Part shown: in pieces, positions 1 through 8,680 of the stretch
Position numbering within the stretch: position 1 is the stretch's first letter
How the letters are laid out: each line of letters begins with the position of its first letter
Assembly (NCBI GenBank): GCA_037447435.1
Contig: JBBIGR010000012.1
Location: forward strand, 40,127 to 104,126
Source of the DNA: Fibrobacteria bacterium
Lineage (GTDB): Bacteria > Fibrobacterota > Chitinivibrionia > Chitinivibrionales > FEN-1185
DNA length: 64,000 nucleotides
Reading direction: 5' to 3'
Translations under genes and position numbers: made by a program
The notes under the pieces: model-generated
What the model was told of the DNA's origin: nothing
Databases searched by the model: none
What the model saw: only the letters and a program-made list of their open reading frames with translations

Positions 1-703
1 CGACCGCGATACGCTTCTTTTCATCGAGAAGTTCGTTCGGATTATTGATGTGATCGATAAAATCCTTTTTGAAAACCAAAAACTGCAGTTTTCCGTCTTT
101 ATCGATAATAGGTAGACATTCTTTTTTATTTTGGCGCAACAGTTTATTCGCATCATGCAACGAGAGTCCGACATCGCCGAACACGACATTTGCTTTTGCG
201 GTCATGCATTGAGAAACGGGAACGTTCAGGTCATCTTCAAATTCCCAGAAATCCTTGTCCGTAAGAATGCCGACAAACGTACCGTTGGGTGAACCGTCAT
301 GAGTGACCGGAATGGTGGAATGTCCGGTTCGTTTGCTGAGAGCAACGGCTTCGGCAAGGGTATTATCGGGTCGCAAGTTCGAATCCGAAAGGACAAAACC
401 TGCTTTATAGTGCTTGACACGCGCAACCATTTCCGCCTGATTTTCTATGGATTGCGAACAAAAAATGAAGGAAAGGCCCCCTTTGCGCGCAAGGCCGATC
501 GACAGGTCGACGCCCGAAACGGCTTGCATGCTTGCCGATACAAAGGGAACATTCAAAGAAAACCGTGACTCCCCGCCTTTTTTAAAACGAGCCATCGGAG
601 TTTTCAAATTCACATTGGAAGGTATATGCTTTGTCGTGGTAAGGCCCGGAATAATAAGAAATTCCGAAAACGTGCGTGAAACTTCTTCAAGAATTTTGGC
701 CAC
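1..703 (-). CDS. guaB: IMP dehydrogenase, N-terminal part (runs off the window edge)
   Basis: Not in the ORF track. Manual translation from GTG at 703 (GAGGTG RBS upstream) gives MAKILEEVSRTFSEFLIIPG...NVPFVSASMQAVSG...LARKGGLSFIFCSQSIENQAEMVARVK, followed by a CBS-like region. This is the typical IMPDH N-terminus. Confidence 0.9.
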   Translation of the reverse strand, partial: MAKILEEVSRTFSEFLIIPGLTTTKHIPSNVNLKTPMARFKKGGESRFSLNVPFVSASMQAVSGVDLSIGLARKGGLSFIFCSQSIENQAEMVARVKHYKAGFVLSDSNLRPDNTLAEAVALSKRTGHSTIPVTHDGSPNGTFVGILTDKDFWEFEDDLNVPVSQCMTAKANVVFGDVGLSLHDANKLLRQNKKECLPIIDKDGKLQFLVFKKDFIDHINNPNELLDEKKRIAV

Positions 704-825
704 AGTCACCTCGCTCGGATCAATTTGTGTTTCATGTAAAAAACGATATTCACACAAAAATATATCCCGATACGCCCAATTACATAAAAACCCATGTTTA
801 ACTTTTTTTAAAATACTGTTAAAAG

Positions 826-841
826 TGTGATGATAATCACA
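826..841. promoter_or_regulatory. CRP-family box TGTGA-N6-TCACA upstream of vgrG
   Basis: Exact TGTGA tgataa TCACA. A TATATT hexamer lies 21 nt downstream (863-868). The box is flanked by a 12-bp inverted repeat (812-823 / 850-861). Confidence 0.65.
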
Positions 842-980
842 ACCTGAAATTTAACAGTATTATATATTTTGTTCATGCCCATTGGAACTACATTGCGGGA
901 AAAAGTTTTTTTCAATGAAGCATACGCACTTTTTTTGCGATAACTACCGATATGGTTAATAAAAATCAAGGAGGCCGTTG

Positions 981-3152
981 ATGCCGCCCAAAAAAGCCAA
1001 TCAGGCGCAGTTTTATTTTTTCTCGGGGACGCTGAGTCATGACACCTTTGAAGTTATGAATTTTTCAGGTACGGATAGAATATCAAGCACCTATAAATTC
1101 AGCCTTATGCTCATATCCCATCGCGCCGATATTTCACCCGATGACGTCGTCAACAAGGCAGGGACTTTGATGATTTTTAGGGACGGCGAATATTATCCCT
1201 ATTCGGGTATAGTTTCGGAATTTAGGTTTCTTGGAAAAAGCCTGGACCGCGCGACCTATTGCCTCACTCTTGTCCCGAAGCTTTGGTTGCTTAATCTGAA
1301 TATACAGACAAGGATTTTCCAGAAAAAAAAGGTTAATCAGATCATAAAGCTCGTGCTCGACGGCGCAAACTTGTCCGATTATTACAGGTTCCAAATTGAC
1401 GAAAGCAAATACGCTGAACAGGAATACGTCGTTCAATATCAGGAATCCGATTTTAACTTCATATCCCGGCTCATGGAAGCAAACGGTATTTGGTACTTTT
1501 TTAACGAAAATCCGATTTTGGCCGAAGAACTCGACGGATCGACCGGCGTGGAACAAATGGTCATATCCGACAAGGCCTCGTCTTTTGAATTTATTGCAAC
1601 GACCTCCGATGTTTTATTCCGCACGGTTTCGGGCATGGCGGAACAAATTGATACCGATGAAAAAGAGTCGATTCATGACATTGAACTGTTCCGTCAGGTT
1701 ATCTCAAAAGAAGTCCTTTTAAAGGATTATAACTACCGCACTCCGGAAATCGATCTGCGTGGTCGTAAACCGGTTAAAACCGGCGATGTCGGTACCGTGT
1801 ACAGCTATGGCGAACATTTCAAAAACACTACGGAGGCCGACCGGCTTGCCGAAGTATCGGCAAACCGAATTTCGACCCAGAAGATATCCATAGACGGAAG
1901 CGGCAATTGCCGCGGTCTTCGTGCCGGGAAACGATTTACCCTTCAGGAACATTTTCTGGATACGATGAACGGCAAATACGTTGTTACTCAAGTGACGCAT
2001 CAAGGCAGTCATACAATGGAAGGCGACAGCATGAACGTCTACACCTATGCCAATAGGTTTAATTGCATTCCTGCCGCGTCTGCCGATTCATACAGACCCT
2101 TACAGCGGACGCCGGTTCCGCGTGTCCACGGAATCATGACTGCTCAAATCGAAGCAAACGGATCGAATTATGCCGCACTCGACGACATGGGCAGGTATAA
2201 GGTTCGTATGCCTTTTGATTTGTCGAATGCGAAAAATTATGAGGCCTCCCGTTATATCCGGCTGGCGCAGCCCTATGCGGGCTCGAATTACGGCATGCAT
2301 TTTCCTTCACATGAAGGCACGGAAATGGTTTGGGCGTGCATAGACGGCAACCCCGACCGCCCGCTCGGTTTGGCAACGGTGCCAAATGCGAATACCATTT
2401 CTCCTGTTGTCAGTGCAAACAAACAGCAAAATCTTATTCGAACCGCGGGAGGAAACGAGCTTTTGCTCGATGATACCGATGCCAAGCAAAAAGCGAGGCT
2501 CACGACAAAATCTAAGCATACGCTCGAAATGGACGATGATCTTAAACGGGTTTTTGTCTCGTCCAAAGACCAGAACAAGCTTTTGCTCGATGATAAAAAC
2601 GAAGTCGTGTCCTGGAACGGCAAAAGCCATTCCATAACCATGACGTATAAGAGCGGCAGCGAAAGTATCGTCATTACGACAAAAGACGGCCATATCGTGA
2701 AAATGGACGACAAAAACAAAAAATTGACAATACAGACAAAGGCCGGCAACATCATCGACATGGACGATTCGGGCAAAAAAATTGCCATGGCCGATTCCGC
2801 GGGCAAAAACAAGGTTACTTTGGACGGCGACGGCAATAAAATCCTTATAGACTCCCAAGGTGAAATACAGATCAGCGCAGCAAAGGATTTAACGATAAAA
2901 GCCGCGAACATCAAAATGACCTCGCAAGGCAAAATCGACATGCAGGCTTCTGGTGATTTCACGGTCAAAGGTATGAAGGTTTCCCAAAAAGCGGACATGG
3001 ATTTCGAGGCTAAAGGCATGAATGTTAAAGTGGAAGCTGATATGAATATGACTATCAAGGGCGGCATGCAGACAAAAGTCGGCGGCATGATGACCGAACT
3101 TTCGGGTGATACAATGGCAAAGGTTAAAGGCGCGATCGTCATGATAAATTGA
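981..3152 (+). CDS. vgrG: Type VI secretion spike protein VgrG/TssI
   Basis: Motifs VQYQESDFNFISRLME.NGIWYFF, DYNYRTP, D.MGRYKV, YGMHFP...GTE......DGNPDRP, IRTAGGNELLLDD and a gp5-like beta-helix C-terminus. AAGGAGG RBS. Confidence 0.95.
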   Translation: MPPKKANQAQFYFFSGTLSHDTFEVMNFSGTDRISSTYKFSLMLISHRADISPDDVVNKAGTLMIFRDGEYYPYSGIVSEFRFLGKSLDRATYCLTLVPKLWLLNLNIQTRIFQKKKVNQIIKLVLDGANLSDYYRFQIDESKYAEQEYVVQYQESDFNFISRLMEANGIWYFFNENPILAEELDGSTGVEQMVISDKASSFEFIATTSDVLFRTVSGMAEQIDTDEKESIHDIELFRQVISKEVLLKDYNYRTPEIDLRGRKPVKTGDVGTVYSYGEHFKNTTEADRLAEVSANRISTQKISIDGSGNCRGLRAGKRFTLQEHFLDTMNGKYVVTQVTHQGSHTMEGDSMNVYTYANRFNCIPAASADSYRPLQRTPVPRVHGIMTAQIEANGSNYAALDDMGRYKVRMPFDLSNAKNYEASRYIRLAQPYAGSNYGMHFPSHEGTEMVWACIDGNPDRPLGLATVPNANTISPVVSANKQQNLIRTAGGNELLLDDTDAKQKARLTTKSKHTLEMDDDLKRVFVSSKDQNKLLLDDKNEVVSWNGKSHSITMTYKSGSESIVITTKDGHIVKMDDKNKKLTIQTKAGNIIDMDDSGKKIAMADSAGKNKVTLDGDGNKILIDSQGEIQISAAKDLTIKAANIKMTSQGKIDMQASGDFTVKGMKVSQKADMDFEAKGMNVKVEADMNMTIKGGMQTKVGGMMTELSGDTMAKVKGAIVMIN

Positions 3153-3305
3153 TCGCTCTTTCCAATCGTCTTTCGCAAAATCCATATTATAGGCATCCTG
3201 CTTTAATCGGCACGATGCCTTTAGTAATTTTATAGGTCATATCTGAGACGTGTAGATATGATCTCAGCTTAATCTATCCGGATCGGCATATTTAAGGAGC
3301 AATCT

Positions 3306-4346
3306 ATGAACCAAAGTCGTTGTTTTTGCACAAAGTCGTTCTTGCTTTTTTCCCTTTCTGCAATTTTATTTTCTTCGAAAGCAACGGTATTCATTGCCAC
3401 CGACACAATTTCCCTCAAAGGTAAACAGGTCATTGTCCGGGCTTCGTCGGAGCTAAAATCCTTAAAAAACGATCCGGTGACGAATAGTTTAAAGAACCTT
3501 TACGACAACGATTCCACGACGCGTTGGATAGAAGGCAGCCAACTCACCGGTGCGGGCGAATGGCTTGATATTAAATACCCTTCTAAAAGTAAATTCAGGG
3601 GAATGATTTTCGGGCTCGGATGCAGGAAAGATTTTATGTGTATGGAGGATTATAGCATACCTTTGACCATCAAGGTAAAAATAGATGACAAACCGACCTT
3701 CGATTATTCCATCGATTGGGACACAAAAGACGACGCTCGTAACAGCATTACGCGCCAGGAAGTTAATATGCGTAAAGCAATGTTCTGGTTCAATACCGAC
3801 ACCGCATTTACAACCGCGTCAATACAAGTAAAATTCGAAACAGTGCAAAACGGGCAGCGATACCAGAAACTTGCAATGTCGGACCTTGAACCGATCGATG
3901 CCGACAACACTCAATTCGATTTGTTAAACATCCTGAAAAACATCACCATTAACCCAAACGACATGGGTACGGTCAATTCGCCCGTAATTATGTTGGGCCA
4001 GGATTCGCCAGCCCGTATCAAGCAATGTCTTGATAGCGTTTATAGCGACCAGGGTTCTTCGTGGAAAAACGATTCAGCCAAAATCGATTTCGGCCTAAAC
4101 GTTGGAATGCATGCTATTACCGATCCGGCAGAACTTACCGCCCTTATCGGTGTTTTAAAGCAGTTATTCTTAAGAGACAATAAACTTATCCGATTCAGGA
4201 CTGTTGGCCGTACAATGACCTATATGATGAAGATCGGCCCAGTATCAATCGGCGACAATACGTGGGACATTTGGCGTTATATCAGCACTACTACGTCATC
4301 AAAGGGCATTGAACTGTCCATAAAATATGTTCCGTTTAAAAATTAG
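3306..4346 (+). CDS. Secreted hypothetical protein with N-terminal discoidin/NADase-type glycan-binding-like domain
   Basis: Signal-like N-terminus. ASS.L...NLYD.D.TT.W.EG...G.GEWL motif. AAGGAG RBS. Confidence 0.6.
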   Translation: MNQSRCFCTKSFLLFSLSAILFSSKATVFIATDTISLKGKQVIVRASSELKSLKNDPVTNSLKNLYDNDSTTRWIEGSQLTGAGEWLDIKYPSKSKFRGMIFGLGCRKDFMCMEDYSIPLTIKVKIDDKPTFDYSIDWDTKDDARNSITRQEVNMRKAMFWFNTDTAFTTASIQVKFETVQNGQRYQKLAMSDLEPIDADNTQFDLLNILKNITINPNDMGTVNSPVIMLGQDSPARIKQCLDSVYSDQGSSWKNDSAKIDFGLNVGMHAITDPAELTALIGVLKQLFLRDNKLIRFRTVGRTMTYMMKIGPVSIGDNTWDIWRYISTTTSSKGIELSIKYVPFKN

Positions 4347-4792
4347 TTTTACCTGACAATATTCGTTCTCGATTTGAATGAATCCTGCGATTTAAGCTTT
4401 TCCGGGGGGCAACGCTTGCCGATTTATCGGTCAGAGCGTTTTTAGCCATTCCAGGATTTTTATTAGCAAGCATACACAATTCGCGCAATGATATCTTGGT
4501 ATCGCAAGGAAAGGTTGCCTTACTAGGAGAAGCTGGAACCCTTCGGGTTCTTGCTGGGAATAAATCATATTTTGTATTTTATTTGACTTCGGTTGAAAAT
4601 TTAAGAATATATAAAATTACAATGTCATAATCTATTTTATTTATAAAACATAACTTAACTAATAAAATCAAAGCATTAAACAGTATAAAAAATTTTATAA
4701 ACATATTTTAGAAAACAATATGACACATTTATAGAAAAAATCGTTATATTTAGGATTATAGTTCTTCAATTTTTTAAAGGAGCAAAATTTCC

Positions 4793-5905
4793 ATGAAAAA
4801 GTATTATTTGCTTTTTGTAGGCATTGTAATATTCACAACTACTTTAAGCGCTCAAACCGCTTCAACATGGCCTCACAATAACGGCAAATATGGGAAAGGA
4901 ACAAGGTTTATTAGTGTTTTTAATGAAATGACAAAAAATATTACTGTTTATTTTAGGTCCACAAGTGATAATCCGACGTTGGTGAAATGCTCTATATTGC
5001 CGTCGAAAGATACAATAGTCCAACTTCCAAATTCCTGGTCTTCTGGCCAAATATATGCAACGTATGATACGTCATACCAGAAACCCTATGTCTCGTTAGG
5101 TGAATGGACTCTCGGAGCCTCTGGCGCCGGTTATGCGGATTTTTACGATGTTTCTTTTGTTGACGCGTTCAGCTTGCCTATGCTTATGGGGCCGGTAGTC
5201 GGAACATATACAAAAAGAAGACCGGCCGCTCCGGATAGTATGTATGACTGCGGAGCAGTTCGATGTACAACAGACTTGATTCCTATTTGTCCGCTCCTAC
5301 AACAAAAGAAAAATGCGGCCGGAGTTTGCATAGCTTGCCTGTCGGGTTGTCAGACTGCGCATCAAAATAACTGGCCACAAGCACGGATAGATTCCTTTTG
5401 TTGTTCCGGCCATGACAGTATTCCGGCAACTTGTCCTGCTTATACCATTTCCAATTGGTTTAAACAACTAAACTCCGACGGCTATAGTTATGCGTATGAT
5501 GATCTGAAAAGCACCTTTGTTTGTGTGCCGCCAACAGCCGACCATTATGGCCCCGATTATTATGTCATATTCGGAACCTCCTATCCGCCATCCGTCCAAG
5601 ACCCTCGGAAAATCGGAACATCCGTTTTATCAAATACCACAACAAATATGAGAATGAAGGGGTTGACCTTTTATGTAGACCGTCATAATATCTTGCAATA
5701 CAACATTGCTTCCGAGCAGTTCTCCCAAATGTCGCTTTCAATTTACTCATGCAACGGCATGCTTGTATCAAAACAATCGTTGAATTGCGCTAAGGGAAAA
5801 ATCTCTATGGCAAGCTTGCCCCCCGGGGCGTATGTCCTCAATATTAATTCCGCTCGGATTTCGGCTTCTCAAAGTGTTTTCGTAACCAAAAACGAAGGCA
5901 ATTAA
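4793..5905 (+). CDS. Secreted thaumatin-family (GH152-like) protein with T9SS-like C-terminal domain
   Basis: Thaumatin signatures SLGEW, DFYDVSFVDAFSLPM, CLSGC, FCC, YSYAYDD..STF.C. Cys-rich, with a signal peptide and C-terminal IYSCNG...LPPGAYVL. Confidence 0.85.
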   Translation: MKKYYLLFVGIVIFTTTLSAQTASTWPHNNGKYGKGTRFISVFNEMTKNITVYFRSTSDNPTLVKCSILPSKDTIVQLPNSWSSGQIYATYDTSYQKPYVSLGEWTLGASGAGYADFYDVSFVDAFSLPMLMGPVVGTYTKRRPAAPDSMYDCGAVRCTTDLIPICPLLQQKKNAAGVCIACLSGCQTAHQNNWPQARIDSFCCSGHDSIPATCPAYTISNWFKQLNSDGYSYAYDDLKSTFVCVPPTADHYGPDYYVIFGTSYPPSVQDPRKIGTSVLSNTTTNMRMKGLTFYVDRHNILQYNIASEQFSQMSLSIYSCNGMLVSKQSLNCAKGKISMASLPPGAYVLNINSARISASQSVFVTKNEGN

Positions 5906-5918
5906 AAATCGTTTGCGA

Positions 5919-5940
5919 GGGGCACAAAATTTTGTGCCCC
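5919..5940. terminator. Palindromic hairpin between convergent genes
   Basis: ggggcacaaaa/ttttgtgcccc perfect palindrome between two converging stop codons. Confidence 0.65.
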
Positions 5941-5946
5941 CCCCCT

Positions 5947-7926
5947 TTACGGCACGGTTGTTGTCGCAAGATACGACATCAATTTGTTGTATTCAAACAT
6001 CAAATGCCCCAGCATATATTTGGTATGTCCATCGTTTGAATTGACCGTCAATGCCTTTTCATATTGTGAAATTGCATTTTCGATTATCGTCTTGCTTGCA
6101 TACAGATTTTGCAAAGTTTCCCCATATGATTTGTCGAAATTCTGCTTCATACGCAGCATATATTCTTCGAATTCCATATTTTGCGCATTCATACTGTATC
6201 CCATCGATTCGAAATCGGTATCTATGGTCTGCTTGACGGCAACGACATTGCCCGAATCCAAATCAAACAATTGGGGAAAAATATTTTTCCGGAACTTTGC
6301 AATTGAGATAAGGCCGACACACGGTTCATTATGCGAATCGATTTTCGAAAACAGTATTTCGGGCTTATCGTCCGTGCTGATCGGCACAGTACCGGCATAT
6401 TCAACAATGCCGTCCTGATCCGTGACAAAGGAATTGAACACATCATATACAGATGTGATATTGACCTGACCAAGGTCCTCTTTGATTTGATTGTCCTGAA
6501 GCAGTTTCTGCGCCTTAGTAAAATCTATGCGCAGAGGCATTTTGCTCCCGAGAAGCACGGTATGTCCGGTATTCTTGCGCCCTCCCGAATAATATACCGC
6601 GGCATACGGAAATGCCTCATGAAACGTTTTAAGCAATACCTTATAATCCCGTTCGACAATTCCATGGAGCGGTATCCATTGACACATAATTCCTTTATCC
6701 GTAAGCTTACTTTTGCACAGTTTGTAAAACTCCTCCGTATAGAGCACCCAACTATCGCCGCTTGTTGGATGCGTGGCATCGGCACTGATTAAATCATATC
6801 GTTTTTTTGTCGTGAAAACAAAATTCCTGCCGTCGTTGACAATGAAGTGTATCTTTGGATTATTAAGAACGTCGTGGTTATCGTAATTGAAATATTTGGC
6901 AGCCTCAAAAGCCTTGTCGCAAATCTCGACGCAATCGACCTGTTCGATTCCGGGCGAAGTCGTTATTGCACCTGCCACGATCCCGCTGCCAAAGGTAACG
7001 ACGAGTGCATTGTGCGCATCGGGCATATAAAGAATAGGCAAAATACCGAGAAAGCGAAAAGCGCGCATGCTGAAATAATCGGTGCTTACTTCGCCTATCC
7101 CGTCTATCAACATATATCTTTGTAAATTTTGCCTTGCATTTTGGAATACCGTGGTTGTTCCATTTATCGCTTCCTTGCAATACAGCATGTCGTTTTCCGG
7201 AGCCGGATATTTGGCGCGATAAATATTTACAAAAGAATTTTGCGGAATTATCCAGAGCACAAAACCGACGGAAAGAAAAGCAACTGTTGATAAAAGGATT
7301 TTTAACCGACGTTCAATTGTCGATCCGATACACACACATACCAAACCGATAATCGCATTCACGAGGGAAATTGCAAAAATGCTGTTCTGGACACCCACAA
7401 ACGGGATAAGAATAAACCCCCCTGCAAAAGATCCGAATGCGCCGCCCAAAGTATTAAACGCAAACACATTTCCTATCGATTTCCCTATTGCGTTGGATTG
7501 TACCGAATAGATCTTGGTGAAAACGGGAAATGCCCCTCCTGCCAATAGCGTGGGTATTAGCATGACTATAGAGAAAACTAAAAACCGTATAAAGATTTCC
7601 TGTCCCCAATTTGTTCCGAGCACCCTATTGAGCTCTATAATCAAATTATTCGATTGAAAAATGAGAGGGATTGAAATCAAACTGAAAATCCCTATGCCGA
7701 TTTCCATGAGGCCCAGAAGAAAGTAGGAATCTTTTTTTGAATCTATGATTCGCGAAAAAAACACGCTGCCGGCTGTAAGACCGAATAAAAACGTGGTGAG
7801 CATAATACCGAAGGAATAAATACTTGTATCGACAAAATATTTCAGAATCCTGAACCATAATACTTCATACGACATTGTGCAAAACCCGGCAAAAGCGGCG
7901 ATTATCAATAAAAAAGAAGCCTTCAT
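5947..7926 (-). CDS. Fused membrane (MFS-like)/spermidine synthase-like SAM-binding protein, C-terminal part
   Basis: About six TM helices, then VTFGSG, VDCVEI, NDGRNF, YDLISAD..HP, LYTEEFY, CQWIP and TDDKP motifs. Confidence 0.85.
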   Translation of the reverse strand: MKASFLLIIAAFAGFCTMSYEVLWFRILKYFVDTSIYSFGIMLTTFLFGLTAGSVFFSRIIDSKKDSYFLLGLMEIGIGIFSLISIPLIFQSNNLIIELNRVLGTNWGQEIFIRFLVFSIVMLIPTLLAGGAFPVFTKIYSVQSNAIGKSIGNVFAFNTLGGAFGSFAGGFILIPFVGVQNSIFAISLVNAIIGLVCVCIGSTIERRLKILLSTVAFLSVGFVLWIIPQNSFVNIYRAKYPAPENDMLYCKEAINGTTTVFQNARQNLQRYMLIDGIGEVSTDYFSMRAFRFLGILPILYMPDAHNALVVTFGSGIVAGAITTSPGIEQVDCVEICDKAFEAAKYFNYDNHDVLNNPKIHFIVNDGRNFVFTTKKRYDLISADATHPTSGDSWVLYTEEFYKLCKSKLTDKGIMCQWIPLHGIVERDYKVLLKTFHEAFPYAAVYYSGGRKNTGHTVLLGSKMPLRIDFTKAQKLLQDNQIKEDLGQVNITSVYDVFNSFVTDQDGIVEYAGTVPISTDDKPEILFSKIDSHNEPCVGLISIAKFRKNIFPQLFDLDSGNVVAVKQTIDTDFESMGYSMNAQNMEFEEYMLRMKQNFDKSYGETLQNLYASKTIIENAISQYEKALTVNSNDGHTKYMLGHLMFEYNKLMSYLATTTVP

Positions 7927-8570
7927 AACCGGGCATCCTCAGGCTTCGAAGCGTTGATATTTACAAAAGCAACAACGCCGATGATCAAATCGATTCCCGC
8001 CGCGCCTATCATCGTGCCTTTCATTCCCGCGAACCTTAAGAAAAAAAAGACGGTCCCCATGCACCCGATAACACTTCCCAAGGTATTTACGGCATAGAGC
8101 ACGCCTATTTCCTTGCCCGCAGTTTCTTTACTCGTAACAGCTATTTTCCCCACAAGAGGGAATGTAGCGCCCATAAGTGTGGTTGGAACTATTAAAAAAA
8201 GCAAGCAGAGGAAAAACAATGCGATCCTGAGTGAATAAAAACCGGGATTCAAAACCGTATTGACTGCATGGTAAAAATCCATGAAACCTGGGAAGGCAAA
8301 TACTAAAATGATGGTCGAAACGGATATTCCTACATGAACGAATGAAAATGTCGGCATTGCGTTTTGAAGTCTATCGGCAACACGGCCGAAAATAATTCCT
8401 CCCAATGCCAATCCGAGCATGAAGGAAACCAACACAGTGCTTATGCTAAAAACCGTTACGCCAAAAACCAGATTAAGCATTCTTGACCACACAATTTCGT
8501 AGATAAGATTGCAGAATCCGGATAAAAAGAACAAGAGGAGAATTGTGTTGATTTTGGGTTTTATTCGCAT
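7923..8570 (-). CDS. Fused MFS/spermidine synthase-like protein, N-terminal membrane part (separate ORF)
   Basis: FFLSGFCNLIYEIVW, PTTLMGATFP and LYAVNTLGS motifs. Start moved to ATG 8570 because the ORF-track upstream extension lies in a terminator hairpin. Confidence 0.8.
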   Translation of the reverse strand: MRIKPKINTILLLFFLSGFCNLIYEIVWSRMLNLVFGVTVFSISTVLVSFMLGLALGGIIFGRVADRLQNAMPTFSFVHVGISVSTIILVFAFPGFMDFYHAVNTVLNPGFYSLRIALFFLCLLFLIVPTTLMGATFPLVGKIAVTSKETAGKEIGVLYAVNTLGSVIGCMGTVFFFLRFAGMKGTMIGAAGIDLIIGVVAFVNINASKPEDARL

Positions 8571-8618
8571 GGCATTTTTGAACTTAAGGAAAAATCGGAA
8601 GCGATTATTGAAACTAAA

Positions 8619-8664
8619 AATACTTTCAGGGTCTTTGCACAATGTCAAAGACCCTGAAAGTATT
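8619..8664 (-). terminator. 19-bp stem-loop downstream of the GH2 gene
   Basis: aatactttcagggtctttg-8nt-caaagaccctgaaagtatt, followed by a U-run on the minus strand. Confidence 0.8.
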
Positions 8665-8680
8665 ACACTGTTCCTGGTTT

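Noticed and set aside
226..830. Short ORFs listed in the track at the window start
   Set aside because: They overlap the real minus-strand guaB frame.
2288..3196. 302-aa minus-strand ORF opposite the vgrG 3' end
   Set aside because: Antisense shadow of the repetitive beta-helix coding sequence.
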